Assembly (NCBI RefSeq): GCF_009914755.1
Contig: NC_060937.1
Reading direction: 5' to 3' (one strand)
From: the human T2T-CHM13v2.0 reference genome, Homo sapiens
Length of the DNA: 64,000 nt
The number at the start of each line of letters is the position of its first letter. Positions within the stretch are counted from its first letter, which is position 1. Under the pieces are notes generated by a model, which saw only the letters and a list, made by a program, of their open reading frames with translations, did no database searches and was not told where the DNA came from. The position numbers and the translations under genes were made by a program. Positions 1 to 17,191 of the stretch are shown one piece after another.

Positions 1-181
1 GCTAAGCCATACATGTTTTGGAGCCCGCTATTTGATTGCCAGCGTTTCCTTTCCTATTCTCCCATTGCTGGAGGTTCATGTTTGTTTTTAAATAGCCTTA
101 ATGTAAGTTTAGTGAAACTTCATGAAGGAGTAAATTTAGATGCATGTAAACAACCACTATCTTAATTTAGAATGCTTCCCT

Positions 182-2620
<2,439 letters not shown>

Positions 2621-3485
2621 TCACCTCACGAGCTATGGATGTATCTGTGTCTCCTCACTGCGCTATAAGCTCCCAGGTGAAGAAAGGGTTGCTTTTTGTA
2701 AATTTTTGTTTTAACCGTGAACCTCTTGTGTATGAATAATGCTCAGAAAAAAAAATTTCTTAAATGAATGAATCTTCCCCAAGCCCAATGCAGTTGGCAC
2801 CTGCCCTCTTTTCTGTCACGGTACATACAAGGAAATACATTCCACAAAACCACATAGTCGCTGTCATTTATCACAAGTGTTTCCCCAAATTACAAAGTCT
2901 TAATACTTCTTTGTCTCCTAATTTTTTAGCTGTGTTTTTAAAAAACATTTCTTTACATGCCATAAAATTCACTCATTTGAAGTGTACCATTCAATCATTT
3001 TCAGTAATTTTAAAACCATTTGCAACCATCACTATAATTTAAGAACATTTCCATTATCCCCCTGAAAAGTATTTGCACAGTTATAGTTGAGGTAGGAGAT
3101 CAGCAGGACTTTCCAAGCACTGATCACCACCTGCTGAGCAAAACAGGATCTGGTCAGAACAGGATGCCCTAAAAAAACGGCCAAAACTGCCCTAAAGAAA
3201 CAGGCCCAAGCCAGCTAAAACCAGGATGGTGACCAAAGTGACCTCTAGTGCCCTCACTGCTCATTATACACTAATTATAATACATGAACATGCTACAACA
3301 CTTCCACCAGCACTCTGACAGTTTACGAATGCCATGGCAATGCCCAGACCTTACCTTATATGGTTTAAAAACGGAAGAATTCTCAGTTCCGGGGAACTCC
3401 CCACCCCTTTTCTAGAAAATTCGTGAATAACCCACCCCTTATTTAGCGTACGATGAAGGAGTAGGTATAAATATAGCTAGCCAGT

Positions 3486-3763
3486 GGCCGGGTGCCCTGG
3501 CGCATGCCTGTAATCCCAGCACTTTGGGAGACCAAGGCGGGTGGATCACCTGAGGTCAGGAGTTGGAGACCAGCCTGGCCAACACGGTGAAACCCGGCAT
3601 CTACCAAAAACACAAAAATTACTCAGGCGTAGTGGCAGGCACCTGTAGTCCCAGCTACTCGGGAGCTGAGGCAGGAGAATTGCTTGAACCCTGGAGGCAG
3701 AGGTTGCAAAGCCGAGAAGAGCGCACCACTGCACTCCAGGCTGGGCAACAGAGCGAGACTCCG

Positions 3764-3765
<2 letters not shown>
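3486..3765 (+). mobile_element. AluS element
   Basis: GGCCGGGTGC...GAGACTCCGTCTC consensus; 14-bp TSD ATATAGCTAGCCAG at 3471-3484 and 4372-4385. Confidence 0.95.
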
Positions 3766-3797
<32 letters not shown>

Positions 3798-4371
3798 CAT
3801 ACACACCCACACATATACATATGTGTATATATACACACATATAATATATATCCGTACTATATATAGTATAAATACTATGTATACATATATAGTATAAATA
3901 TTATATATAGTATTTATGTGTGTATGTATATACTATATACATATAGTCATATAGTATAAATACTATATACATATAGTCATATAGTATAAATACTATATAT
4001 GTATATATGTGTATATATACACATATGTATATATAACATGTATATGTTTATATACGTATGTATATATTATATGTATGTATATATTATATATGTGTATATA
4101 TGTGTGTATATACATATATATGTATATACACACATATATATGATATGTATGTATATACATATATATGTATATGTATATACATATATATGTATGTATATAC
4201 ATATATATGTATATGTAGATACATACATATGATATGTATGTATATACATATATATGTATATGTATATACATATATATCATATGTATGTATATACATATAT
4301 ATGTATATGTAGATACATATATATGATATGTATGTATATACATATATATGTATATGTAGATACATATATAT
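3766..4371. repeat. (CT)n-(TA)n/(TATATG)n compound micro/minisatellite
   Basis: About 600 bp of mostly alternating purine-pyrimidine sequence; exact 30-bp tandem unit at 3931-3990. Confidence 0.97.
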
Positions 4372-4892
4372 ATATAGCTAGCCAGCAATCCATGAGTGTT
4401 ACTCTGCCTGTGGGGTAGCCCTGCTCAGTTTACCAGAAGCAATTTTCCTGTGCTTTGTTGCTCTAATGTACTTGCTTTGCTTTCATTTTACTGTCAGTTT
4501 GCTCTTGAATCCTTTCCTGTGCAAAGTCAAGAACCCTCTCAGGCTGAGCTCCAATTTTGGGATTCACTGGCATTACAGCCATTCTCTGTTCCTACCCCTA
4601 ACCCCGGGCAACCACTAACATACTTTCTGTCTCTCTGGATTTGCCTTTTCTGGACAGTTCATATAAATGGAGTCCTACACTGTATGGTCGTATGCCTCTA
4701 GCCTCTTGCACTTAGGATAATGTTTTCAAGGTTTATCCATGCTGTGACATGCATCAGAACTTTGCACCTTGTTACAACTCATATATTTTTATTGCCAAAT
4801 AGTATTCAGCATTTTTGAGTATCCATTCACCAGTTGGTGGACATTTGAATTGTTTATACTTTTTGGTTATTATGAATAATTCTGCTGTGCCA

Positions 4893-5205
4893 TTCAGAGA
4901 AACAAAAGGCGATGTGACGACAGAAGCGGAGAGATTTGAAGATGCCAAGATGCTGGCTGAGAAGATGGAAGAGGGGCCTCAAGACAAGAAATATACGGAC
5001 TGCAGCTCTAGAAGCTGGAAATAGCAAGGAAAAGTTTTCCCCTCTCAGAGACTCCAGAAGGAATCAGCCCTGCCAATACCTTGACATGAGCTCTGTGAAA
5101 CTGGTTTCGGACTCTGACCTCCAAAACTGTGAAAGAATAATTTATGTTGTTTTCAACCACATAAGTTTGTGGTAATTTATCATAGCAACAATAGGAAACT
5201 AATAC
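4893..5205 (+). mobile_element. MLT1 (MaLR) LTR fragment
   Basis: Ends AATTTATCATAGCAACAATAGGAAACTAATACA, typical MLT1 3' end. Confidence 0.75.
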
Positions 5206-5385
5206 AAAAGCTTTATTTATGAACCAAAAATTGAATTTCATATATGCTTCTCATGTAATGAGATACTCTTCTTTTTATGTTTTTCAGCCACTTAGCAATG
5301 TTGAGATCATTCTTAGTTTGCAGGCTGTACAAACACTGGTGGTGGCTCAGATTTGGCCTGTGGGCTATAGTTTGAAATATCCTAA
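5206..5385 (+). mobile_element. MER58B-like hAT DNA transposon fragment
   Basis: GGCTGTACAAA...AGATTTGGCCTGTGGGCTATAGTTTG terminal motif. Confidence 0.65.
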
Positions 5386-5941
5386 ATTAAATATTAGTGC
5401 AATTAATTCAGCCATGTATTAAAATAATAATATGTAATAACCCTGGGTTTGTTTTTTTTTTAAACCCTGGGGTTTTATAATGTTTCAAAAATTAGAATGC
5501 TATTAATGTAATCCATTACAGATTAATGCAGCAAAAACAAAGCCAAATAAAACATGAGCATTTCAATAGATGACTTAAAAACATTTAATAAAATTTAATG
5601 CCTTTCCTATTGAAAAAGGAAATAAGTCAGTATTAGATTGGAAATGTATTGTTTTAATAGTGGTTGTTTATCATAAACTATACCAAACATTTTACTCGAC
5701 ATTGAAAAATCTGTAGCATCTTTGATGATCCAATCTAAAGTAGCCACCACTATCTACCCCACTTTTCTCTATAATACCCTATTTTTATTTATGACAATCC
5801 ATAATTATCTTGTTTAGTTTTTACTTGTTAATTTCATTCTTTTTCAGAATAGACAGCAGTTGTTCACTTCTGTATCCTTAGAGCACAGTACAATGTCTGG
5901 CACATATTAGGTGCTCAACAGTTGTTGAACGAATTCCCATT

Positions 5942-6319
5942 TGTAATGCTAACTTTATGTGTCAAGTTGGCTGATCCAGGGTGCCTAGATAAGTGGTCAC
6001 ACATTATTCTGCATGTTTTGATGAGGGTGTTTTGGGATAAGATTACCATTTAAATCAGTGAACTGTGAGTAAAGCAGATTGCCCTCTGTAACGTGGCAGG
6101 GGGGGGGCCTCATCCAGTTAACTGAAGGAGTAAGTAGAACAAAAGACTAGCCTCCCTTGAGCAAGAGGGAATTCTGTCAGCAGACCGCCTTCAGGCTTGA
6201 ACTGCAATACTAATCTCTCCTGGGTCTCCAGCCTAATGGTCTTTGGACTTTAACTGCAGATTTTGGACTTGCTAGCCTCTATAATTGTGTGAACCAATTT
6301 CTTAAAATAAATCCTTATG

Positions 6320-6362
<43 letters not shown>

Positions 6363-6405
6363 CTATTGGTCATATTTATCTGGAGAATCCTGACTAATGA
6401 TATAC
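5942..6405 (+). mobile_element. MLT2 (ERVL) solo LTR with internal (CA)n at ~6321-6357
   Basis: TGTAATGCTAACTTTATGTGTCAA...CTGGAGAATCCTGACTAAT pattern. Confidence 0.8.
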
Positions 6406-6409
6406 CACT

Positions 6410-7860
<1,451 letters not shown>

Positions 7861-8308
7861 AAATGTCGAAGAAAAACCAGAGCTGGACGATAGTTAAAGT
7901 GGTAAAAAAACAGATGTTATTCAGGACTATTGCAACAGGGGAAAAGACACTTCAGTATAGGATTGGACTCAATTCTGAATACAGCATGGTTAAATGGGCA
8001 TTTATAGCCAAGGAGCAGGGTAGGGAGTCAGTGGATGGAAAATTACTAAGAGGAAATGCATCAGGGTGACAGAGATTCTGGTTAAATAGACCAAATGGGA
8101 TTCTAGCTGAAAACAGGCCAGCACGATCAGACATGACCTGGGGGATGGTAGAGGATGAGGAAGCAGATTAGATATAAAGTGTGGTCACATATGGAGGGTG
8201 GGGGATTTTTGTGAAACTGACTTAGCAGGGTTCTTGCTAAAATTGAATTTTATAAGGCAGTGCACAGATAGGCCTACGACAAGGTTCAGGAGGCTGATGA
8301 AAGGATGG

Positions 8309-11237
8309 TGATATGGTCTGGCTGTGTCCCTACCCAAATCTCATCTTGTGGCAGGCCAGGTCTCACTAACGCAGGCCTCCATACAACAGTTTCAGTACTG
8401 ACTGAGTGGTTAAATTAAATGTTAAAAGCCAGCGTCCTTATACAAAGGCTGGAATGTAACAACAGCCCACCAAGAGTTTTGCCTAGGCCTTTCCTGAACC
8501 TTAAAGCATGATAAAACAAGTTTTACTGGGGGCCTGAAGAAACTCCCAAGGCCTCCATAAACTAATTTATTGGGAGTCTGAAGGAAATCCCTAAACCTTC
8601 GTGATTTAGTAGGAGACAAGATAAGGGTAATCACCCCAGCACCTGGACTCATTTAGATTAAGTACATTTACTGAGGCTCCAGAGAAAGGTCTTCAAGACT
8701 CAGACCTTAGTTACAGATTAAAAGAAGTTAATCACTTATGTGTTTAGATGAATGCATACTTAAATATAGACATATAGCTTGGAAGGTATATAGGCTCTGG
8801 AAAACTTTGTAATTTTCAGTTGGTCTGGTGATAATTTCCAGGCCTTCTCCCTGTAGCTGGTTACAGAAATAAAAACTCTCTTCCTCCCCAGTTCATCTGC
8901 ATCTTCTTATTGGGCCACGAGAAATAGTAGCCTGACTCTCAGTTTGGTCTGGGAACAATCTTGAATTGTAGTTCCCGTAATCCCCATGTGTCATGGGATG
9001 GATCCAGTGGGAGGTAATTGAATCACGGGGGCAGTTACCCCCATGCTGCTGTTCTCAAGATAGCGAGTGAGTTCTCACAAGATCTGATGGTTTTATAAGG
9101 GGCTTTTCTCCCTTTGTTCAGCACTTCTTCCAGCTGGCATGTGAAGAAGGATGTATTCACTTCCCCTTCCACCATGATTGTAAATTTCCTGAGGCCTCCC
9201 AGCCCTGTGGAACTGTGAGTCAATTAAACCTCTTTCCCTTATAAATTACCCAGTTGTGGGTATGTCTTTTATTAGCAGCGTGAGAATGGACTAATACAGT
9301 AAATTGGTACTGCAGAGAGTGAGGTGCTGCTGTAAAGATACCCAAAGAATGTGGAAGTGACTTTGGAACTGGGTAACAGGCAGAGGCTAGAACAGTTTGG
9401 AGGGCTCAGAAGAAGACAGGAAAATGTGGAAAAGTTTGGAACTTCCTAGAGACTTGGAGGGCTTAGAAGACAGAAAGACATGGGAAAGTCTGGAACTTCC
9501 TAGAGACTTGTGGAATGGCTTTGACCAAAATGCTGATTGTGATATGGACAATGAAGTCCAGGCTGAGGTGGTGTCAGATGGAGATGAGAAACTTGTTGGG
9601 AACTGGAATAAAGATGATGCTCGATATACTTTACCAAAGAGGCTGGCAGCATTTGGCCCCTGCCTTAGAGATCTGTGGAACTTTGAACTTGAGAGAGATG
9701 ATTTAAGGTATCTGGCAGAAGAAATCTCTACATGGCAAAGCGTTCAAGAGGAAGCAGAGCATAAAAGTTTGGAAAATTTTCAGTTTGACAATGTAACAGA
9801 AAAGAAAAACCCATTTTCTGGGGAGAAATCCAAGCTTGCTACAGAAATTTGCATAAACAAAAAGCCCAATGTTAATCATTAAGACAATGGGGAAATGTCT
9901 CCAGGGCATGTCAGAGACTTTCAAGGCAGCCTCTCCTATCACAGGCCCAGAGGCCTAGGAGGGAAAAATGGTTTTGGGGCCAGGCCCAGGGCCCCCTGCT
10001 GTGTGCAGCCTAGGGACTTGGTGGCTTGTGTCCTAGCCACTCTAGCTGTGGCTGAAAGGAACCAAGGTACAGCTTGGGCCATGGCTTCAGAGGGTGCAAG
10101 CCCCAAGCCTTGGCAGCTTACATATGGTGTTGAGCCTGCGGGTATGCAGAAGTCAATAATTGAAGTTTGGGAACCTCTGCTTAGATTTTAGAGGATGTAT
10201 GGAAACACCTGGATGTTCAGGCTGGTTTGCTGCGGGGGCACAGCCCTCACTGCTAGGGCAGTGTGGAAGGGAAATGTGGGGTTGGGCCCCACACAAGAGT
10301 CCCCACTGGGGTAGTGCCAAGTGGAGCTGAAGAGGGGCACTGTCCTCCAGATCCAGAATGAGAGATCCACCAACAGCTTGCAGCTTGCACCTGGAAAAGC
10401 CGCAGACACTCAATGCCAGCTGTGGAAGCAGCTGGGGTGAGGGGCTGTGGCCTGCAAAGCCACAGGGGTAGAGCTGCCCAAGGCTGTCGGAGCCCACCTC
10501 TTGCATCAGTGTGACCTGGATGTGAGATATGGAGTCAAAGATTATTTTGGAGCTTTAAGATTTGATTACTGCCTTGTTGGATTTGGGGCTTGCATGAGGC
10601 TTATAGCCCCTTTGTTTTGGCCAATTTCTCCCATTTAGAACAGGTATATTTACCCAATGCCTGTACCTCCATTGTATCTAGGAAGTAACTAACTTGTGTT
10701 TGATTTTACAGGCTCATAGGTGGAAGAGACTTGCCTTGTCTCAGATGAAACTGTGGACTTGGACTTTTGGGTTAATGATGAAATAAGACTTTGGGGAACT
10801 GTTGGGAAGGCATGATTGTGTTTTGAAATGTGAGATGTGAGATTTGGGAGGGGCCGGGGTGGAATGATATGGTTTGGCTGTGTCCCCACCCAAATCTCAT
10901 CTTGAATTGTAGTTCCCATAATCCCCACATGTTGTGGGAGAGACCTGGTGGGAGGTAATTGATTTATGGGGACAGTTACCTTCATGCTGTTCTTATGATA
11001 GTGAGTGAGCTCTCACGAGATCTGATGGTTTTATAAGAGGCTTTTTTCCCTTTGCTTGGTGCTTTCTCCTTGCTGCCATGTGAGGAAAGACTTGTTTTCT
11101 TCCGCTTCTGCCATGATTGCAAGTTTCCTGAGGTCTCCTGAGCCCTGTGGAACTGTGAGTCAATTAAACCTCTTTTCTTTATAAATTACCCAGTCTCAGG
11201 TATGTCTTTATTAGCAGCGAGAGAATGGACTAATACA
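8309..11237 (+). mobile_element. Full-length THE1 (MaLR) provirus: 5' LTR 8309-9298, internal 9299-10864, 3' LTR 10865-11237
   Basis: Both LTRs begin TGATATGGT(C/T)TGGCTGTGTCCC and end GACTAATACA; purine tract before the 3' LTR; 5-bp TSD GATGG/GGTGG; ORF 9397-9882 is a THE1-int remnant. Confidence 0.93.
8347..8957 (+). mobile_element. ERV1-class solo LTR inserted in the THE1 5' LTR
   Basis: TGTGG...AACA termini, perfect 4-bp TSD ATCT (8343-8346 / 8958-8961), TATATA near 8788 and AATAAA near 8868. Confidence 0.85.
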
Positions 11238-11525
11238 GGTGGTCAAGCAAAGAATCTTTGTCAGTGATTACATGGATGTTTTCTTATAATTAAATTGCAG
11301 ATATATGTTTAAATTGCAGATATATGTTTTATATTCTTCTGTATGTCTATTTCAAAATTCAAAATAATTTAGAAAAAATTATTTGACTGGAAGATGAATG
11401 GAAGAGAGAATATTAGGTAAAGGAATTTGTAGAATATGATATATGGTTCAGTGTTCAGATTTTTAGTTCTTTTTAAATTCTTTTAACTGCATTTCAAAGT
11501 GATTTTCATTCATTCATTTACTCAT

Positions 11526-11945
11526 TGTGTTAATGCCATTTTTGTGTTGCTATAAAGAAATACCTGAGGCTGGGTAATTTCTAAAGAAAAGAGATTTATT
11601 TTGGTTCATCGTTCTGCAGGCTGTATAGGAAGTGTGGTGCCAGCATCTGCTTCTGGAGAGGGCTTCAGGAAGCTTCCAATCATGGTGGAAGGCAAAGTGG
11701 AGCCAGGGTATCAGGTGGCAAGAGAGGGAGCAACACAGAGAGACGGGGAGGTGCCACACCTTTTAAAACCACCAGATCATGTGAACTCACAGTGAGAACT
11801 CACTTGTCACTGCAAGGATGGTGCCAGGCCATTCATGAGGGATCCACCCCTAAGATACAAACATCTCCCACCGGGCCCCACCTCCACCACTCAGAATTAC
11901 ATTTCAACATAAGATTTGGAAGGGACAAACATCAAAACCATATCA
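11526..11945 (-). mobile_element. MST (MaLR) solo LTR inserted in an L2 remnant
   Basis: GCTATAAAGAAATACCTGAGGCTGGGTAATTT...AAACCATATCA; TSD CTCAT/CCCAT. Confidence 0.85.
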
Positions 11946-12485
11946 CCCATTAGATATTTATTCAGTCTTTCTAGTTGCTGGCACTCTATTAGACGTTAGG
12001 ACTACCCAGAAGAAAGGCCTGGTCTCTGAGGTCATGGCACTTAAAATCTAGTAAGGATAAAATATGTGCTGAAGGATGTGTAAGCCGGTTGAAGAAAAGA
12101 GGGCCAAGACATTCCAGGACAAGGGAAAGGCAAGAGCCAGGAAGGTAAGGACACAGGCATTGACAGAACTGGGAGAGGACTCGTTCTTCCAGAGGACAGT
12201 ATTGATACTAGAAAGTGCTGAGAGATTTGACTAAAGATGCAGGTAGAGGCCATCTAATGACTGGCCTTGTACGAAGTATTAGCTAGAATTAAGTTTGGCT
12301 GAATACCCACAATAATATGGGCTTAAAAGGAGACAGGGGTTCATTGCTTTGTCATTTAAAACCAGTCTGGGCAGGTGGTCTGGGCTGCTGTGCATTAAGG
12401 ACCCAGATTCTCTCTGTTTTTACTGCTCTCTGTTCCAAACACGGCTAATAATTAGCACAACGTAGTCCTTTAAAATAAAGGTGGT

Positions 12486-12491
12486 TTTATT
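12486..12491 (-). terminator. Probable polyadenylation signal (AATAAA) of POGLUT2
   Basis: TTTATT on the plus strand ~190 nt downstream of the stop codon. Confidence 0.7.
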
Positions 12492-12679
12492 ATAAAATTC
12501 TAAAAATGTACTTTAAAGTACAGTCATGAGAATACTGCATAAGTAGAAATGTGTCTTCATACTGCAAACAATCACACAGATTTTATATTGTCCATGGAAT
12601 TAATACTTAAAAAAATTCTTCTTTTTAGTTAAGAAGAGTCTTCAGAGCACCATTATTCTAATAGAAGTTATTTTGCATA

Positions 12680-12697
12680 TCAGAGTTCATCTTTGGT
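12680..12697 (-). CDS. POGLUT2: POGLUT2 exon 10 coding part (TKDEL-stop)
   Basis: ttgcag|ACC AAA GAT GAA CTC TGA; completes a 1509-nt CDS ending in the ER-retention signal KDEL. Confidence 0.95.
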   Translation of the reverse strand, partial: TKDEL

Positions 12698-13239
12698 CTG
12701 CAATTAAGAAGCAAAATATTTAGAGCTATCAAGAAGTCTTACACAAGTGAAGAAGACTTACATTCGTTAATTATTTTCCTGTAAAGATGAGAGGGAGCCA
12801 AGCTGCTGCTAGAGGCTTTTAGGGCTTGGGACTATTTCCAGAGGCCCAGAGTCAGCTAAGGGTAAAATCACATTGTGTTTCATAGCCTACTGATAAGGAA
12901 CCCAAACATCCATGGGCTGTACTACTGTAAAGGCCTCATGTTATGAACAGTAGTGGTGAAAGACTAGGATAGACAATGAGCAAAAAATAAACGAAGCTAT
13001 CATTCTGGCCCCTAACTTCTACTACTCAGTGGAAGAAACTGGCTGGGTACCTCCTCTCAATCACGTAGATGAAGATAAATAACTGAGCAGGAGTGGAGCA
13101 AGGAAGCTGCCAGTCTCACTTAGAGCCAAAGTGAGAAGTGTTCTGATACCAAATCACGGATTGGTGAGGGGGAACCTTTCGATTTGGCAATTCTTGTTTT
13201 ATCATTGGTTTTAACTGATTTTTATGGCCTTGGAGCACT

Positions 13240-13480
13240 GACAGAGTTCACAATGATGACGAACCACCTCTGAGGGCCAGCTGGTTAGTGGTTAATGAGT
13301 TCTATAAAAAACAAAGACAAAAATAAAACAGCCAAAATTCTGATTTGTAGCATGTGCTGATTGTCATGGTGTAAATACTCCTATCAGGATGATTCCAAGC
13401 TACCAAAAATTTAACTAGTATGCAAAATTCCTGAATATTTATCAGTGAGCTCATATAAGCTGGTTCTGTCACATCACTGG
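13240..13480 (+). mobile_element. MER63-like hAT DNA transposon remnant
   Basis: Ends AGCTGGTTCTGTCACATCACTG, resembling the MER63 terminus. Confidence 0.45.
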
Positions 13481-13634
13481 GGCCAGCCTCACCTTAATTC
13501 CTTTTACACCTCCTTGAGAGGTAGACATAATAATTGCCAAATCTGCCTTCTTGTCTTTGGTTATAATACCACAATTTTGAACTTGTCCATTCAGAAACCT
13601 AATTATGTTGCCTAAAATGTTAAGTCAGCATATG

Positions 13635-13636
<2 letters not shown>

Positions 13637-13670
<34 letters not shown>
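13637..13670. repeat. (CA)n microsatellite
   Basis: Direct reading. Confidence 0.95.
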
Positions 13671-13673
<3 letters not shown>

Positions 13674-14410
13674 AGTTTATGCAATTTACATTCCTTCAAA
13701 CAAACAAAAATCATAATCAAAGCAACAGTCCCCTGCCACACTATAGCTTTATATACAAGCACACACAATCACAATCTGATGATGAGAGATTGGTTTTTGC
13801 TTTGCTATAATCCAGCTAGATGATTTTGAGCACAATTCCTTTTTGGGCTCAGTTTTGTTAACCATAAAATGAAGGCATTTACTGGATGACTTCTAAGGTC
13901 CTTTCTACCTTAAAAGTCCAGATGTGAATCTGACTTTCATTTTTATCAATGAGATCCTTACGTAGTGGTATCAACTGAGATGACTTTCAAATGAAGAATT
14001 GGAAAACATTAATAATCGTGGTTACATATTTTTCCTTCTCTAAACTGGGATGATGAACTTTGCCAAACTTATCTCATGAGGAGATGAGGGCATCAGATGA
14101 TACACATGAAAATATTTTTCAGACTGTAAGCATCCATTCAAATAGGGTGTGAGCTGGATTCTCACATTATAAAAGACTTCCCCCCACTTTGCCAGGGAGC
14201 TACCATGTCTTCTCAATTAACTGCATTGTAGCATCCTTTCTTGAGCACTGCTATCTTTTATACCTATCTCTCTGGCAGACTGAATTGCTTGGAGACCTCG
14301 AGAGGAACTCAAATATTTGCTGCCTGATTGAATGACTATAGGAATAAAAGCAAGTTTGGATCAATGTTAGTTTTTACTCTGACACCGGCCATAAGCTCAG
14401 TTCTGGTTAC

Positions 14411-14518
14411 CTTTTTCCTATGGCAAGTACAAGGGAAGAGGTCGTCCTCAGTCTGTGGTTCTACCCTTTTCATGCCCTCTCGGATTTGGGGCTCACTCAC
14501 TTGTAAATTGGCATATTC
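14411..14518 (-). CDS. POGLUT2: POGLUT2 exon 9 (EYANLQ...CHRKK)
   Basis: 108 nt, AG/GT bounded, phase 0-0. Confidence 0.97.
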
Positions 14519-15245
14519 CTGTTTAAGCAACAATATAAAAGCATTCCTTATAAAACACTTTATATCCACCCAATGAGAGAGGCTAGAATATATGAAGACT
14601 ATGATTCATTTAACTCATGTGTGTCAAACTGTGATCTGCATAGTCCGTCATATATACCAGTTCTGAACATCAACAGTAGAGCATCTGAGAGGAGGCCATC
14701 CTTTGAACACTGGCTGCCTATTCCTAACAGACACCTCTTTATGCTATCCTAAATTTCCATGACTTTTTTTTTTTAACCGTCTTCTGCCTCACAGTAAAAA
14801 TAATTTTGCACACAATCTTCCCTAGACTGAGAATGTGAAGACAGAGACTATTCTGCTTTCCTTATCATGGCTTGCACAAGCCTCCATCATCATCTTCATT
14901 TATCATGTGCTTACTCTGAGTGAAGCACTGTGCTAAGTACCTATGCTAAATGAATGAACACTGCCCCATGGATCCTTAGAAATTCACATGGTAAATCCCC
15001 CCAGTTTATTCATTTTACACGGTTTGTCCTCTGCTTCCCTCTATCAAGGGAAGGTTACAAAATCGGGAGGAGCCAGTACAGGCCAGAAATACACCAACTT
15101 TGATCTGTAGCAGAGCCTCAGATATGGGGCTCAGTATCTGCAACTGTGAGATAAAACTCTTACTCTAGATCTAGTACTGTTATTAGCCAAGAACTTGTTT
15201 ACTACCTGATTTTGTTTTTTTTTGTTTGTTTGTTTATTTTTTTGA

Positions 15246-15584
<339 letters not shown>

Positions 15585-16013
15585 TAAATGCTTAGGTCCA
15601 TGGAAATAATTTCCAAGGGAAGTCATGGCTCATACAGAGTCAAGACAAGAGGCCCAAACACACCTGGCACTGTTTAGACAAAGAAATGGTAAGGCAGCAG
15701 CAATGTAACACAAAGAGAACATACAAATCCATGCACTGTAACTTTGTAGGATCAGAGGCCAATTTCTTAGTCAGACATCACATAGTTCTAATATTAATAG
15801 TTTTCGCTTAATATTGTAACATTTTCCATTAGCTAATCTTTGGTTTTCAACTATTTTTTTATGATTACTTAATATTTGTCTCTGATTTTCATCCACAGAA
15901 GTATATATATCTCCCTATAGTAACATATGTTTAGAAATTGTTAAGTAAAATATTATTTGTTCTTAACATGTCTACTTATAAGTTACGTGATGATTTTCTT
16001 GGAAAATACTGAC

Positions 16014-16103
16014 CTGGAAAAGTTTGAAATAATAACAGAATATGTCATCGCCCATGAGATTATTTCTTGCAAATTCTTGTCCTGCTTTTGCTATCTTTTT
16101 GGC
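16014..16103 (-). CDS. POGLUT2: POGLUT2 exon 8 (AKKIAK...FKLFQ)
   Basis: 90 nt, tgtag|GCC...CAG|gtcagt; not in the ORF track but in frame. Confidence 0.96.
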
Positions 16104-16685
16104 CTACAGGAAGAACAACGACAAAATCCTGTAATAGAATCCATTTTTCCCATGCAGGCATCTGCAAACTGCTCTTCAGAGTATGTATACATTGGGGCAA
16201 CTGTGGGAAATAATATCTTTGGGGGTAGTCTCATGGTAAAACAGAACATTTAACAGAGTATGTTTGTTTAAATCAGAGGGAGGTTTCTAAGACTTAAAAG
16301 TTTGAAAAGTCATATTGGACCTTCTAGAACTAAGCCTCTCCTGGAGAGACAAGGTTGTACACCAAGCAAACTGATGACTTTGTAAACGCAAGATGAAGCT
16401 TAGCCAGCTGCCTTCACAAATTTCAGGAGACAATTAGCTTAAAGTTTATTGCATTCCATCCCTCTTTATTTCTGTATTTATGGCTGCATCTACTTCTGAA
16501 TCAATCCCTCATTTTAACCTGGAGCCTGTTAGTGACTTCTGCCAGACTGGCCATCTTACAATTTTCACATTGCTAGCGGAGGCAATGCTTGTGGCTCAGA
16601 GCAACGCTACTTGAAAGAGAAAGTGTAATCAAGGCCACAGTTTAGCTTTTTGTTGTTGTTGTTGTTGTTTGTTGTTGTTGTTTGA

Positions 16686-16844
<159 letters not shown>

Positions 16845-17191
16845 TAGTAGAGATGGGGTTTGACCATGTTAGCCAGGCTGGTCTTGAACTCCTGACCTCA
16901 GGTGATCTGCCTGCCTCAGCCTTCCAAAGTGCTGGGATTACAGGCACGAGCCACCGCACCCAGCCTAGCTTTTTGTTTCACATGCAGAGTGGAGAGTTAA
17001 TGTAAGATGCAGTGCCCGCTGTGTTCAGCCTAGGGGAACTGCCGTGCCATCTATGGGCAGGCAGCTTCCCATTTACAGGCCAAAGTCTATTACGTGAACA
17101 TCCTGGATGCTCTCCAGGTACAATACATTTCAAAAGGACCCATGATATTGGGAAACAAGTGGAAATAAGCCTTCAAGGGGACTAACCTTAC

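Larger units (their letters stand above)
3087..4577 (+). mobile_element. ERV1-class solo LTR (family not assigned), split by an Alu plus microsatellite, inserted in an antisense L1M fragment
   Basis: TG...CA termini, TATAAA at ~3466; flanks 2940-3070 and 4580-4885 are contiguous L1 3'-end-like sequence. Confidence 0.6.
7864..11263 (-). mobile_element. MER31-like ERV1 LTR, split by the THE1 provirus (pieces 7864-8308 and 11238-11263)
   Basis: Reverse complement of 11241-11263 is TGACAAAGATTCTTTGCTTGACC (MER31-type 5' end); sequence is continuous across the THE1 insertion. Confidence 0.65.

Noticed and set aside
3993-4388. Y/I/H/T/M/C-rich ORFs and a regular-looking repeat array
   Set aside because: Translations of a TA/TG microsatellite; no constant repeat with unique spacers, so not a CRISPR-like array.
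9397-10638. 161-aa acidic ORF and neighbouring ORFs
   Set aside because: Fragmented THE1 internal region; broken by stops and frameshifts, TTG start.
11292-11329. 19-bp tandem duplication AAATTGCAGATATATGTTT x2
   Set aside because: Ordinary slippage duplication within an L1 remnant.
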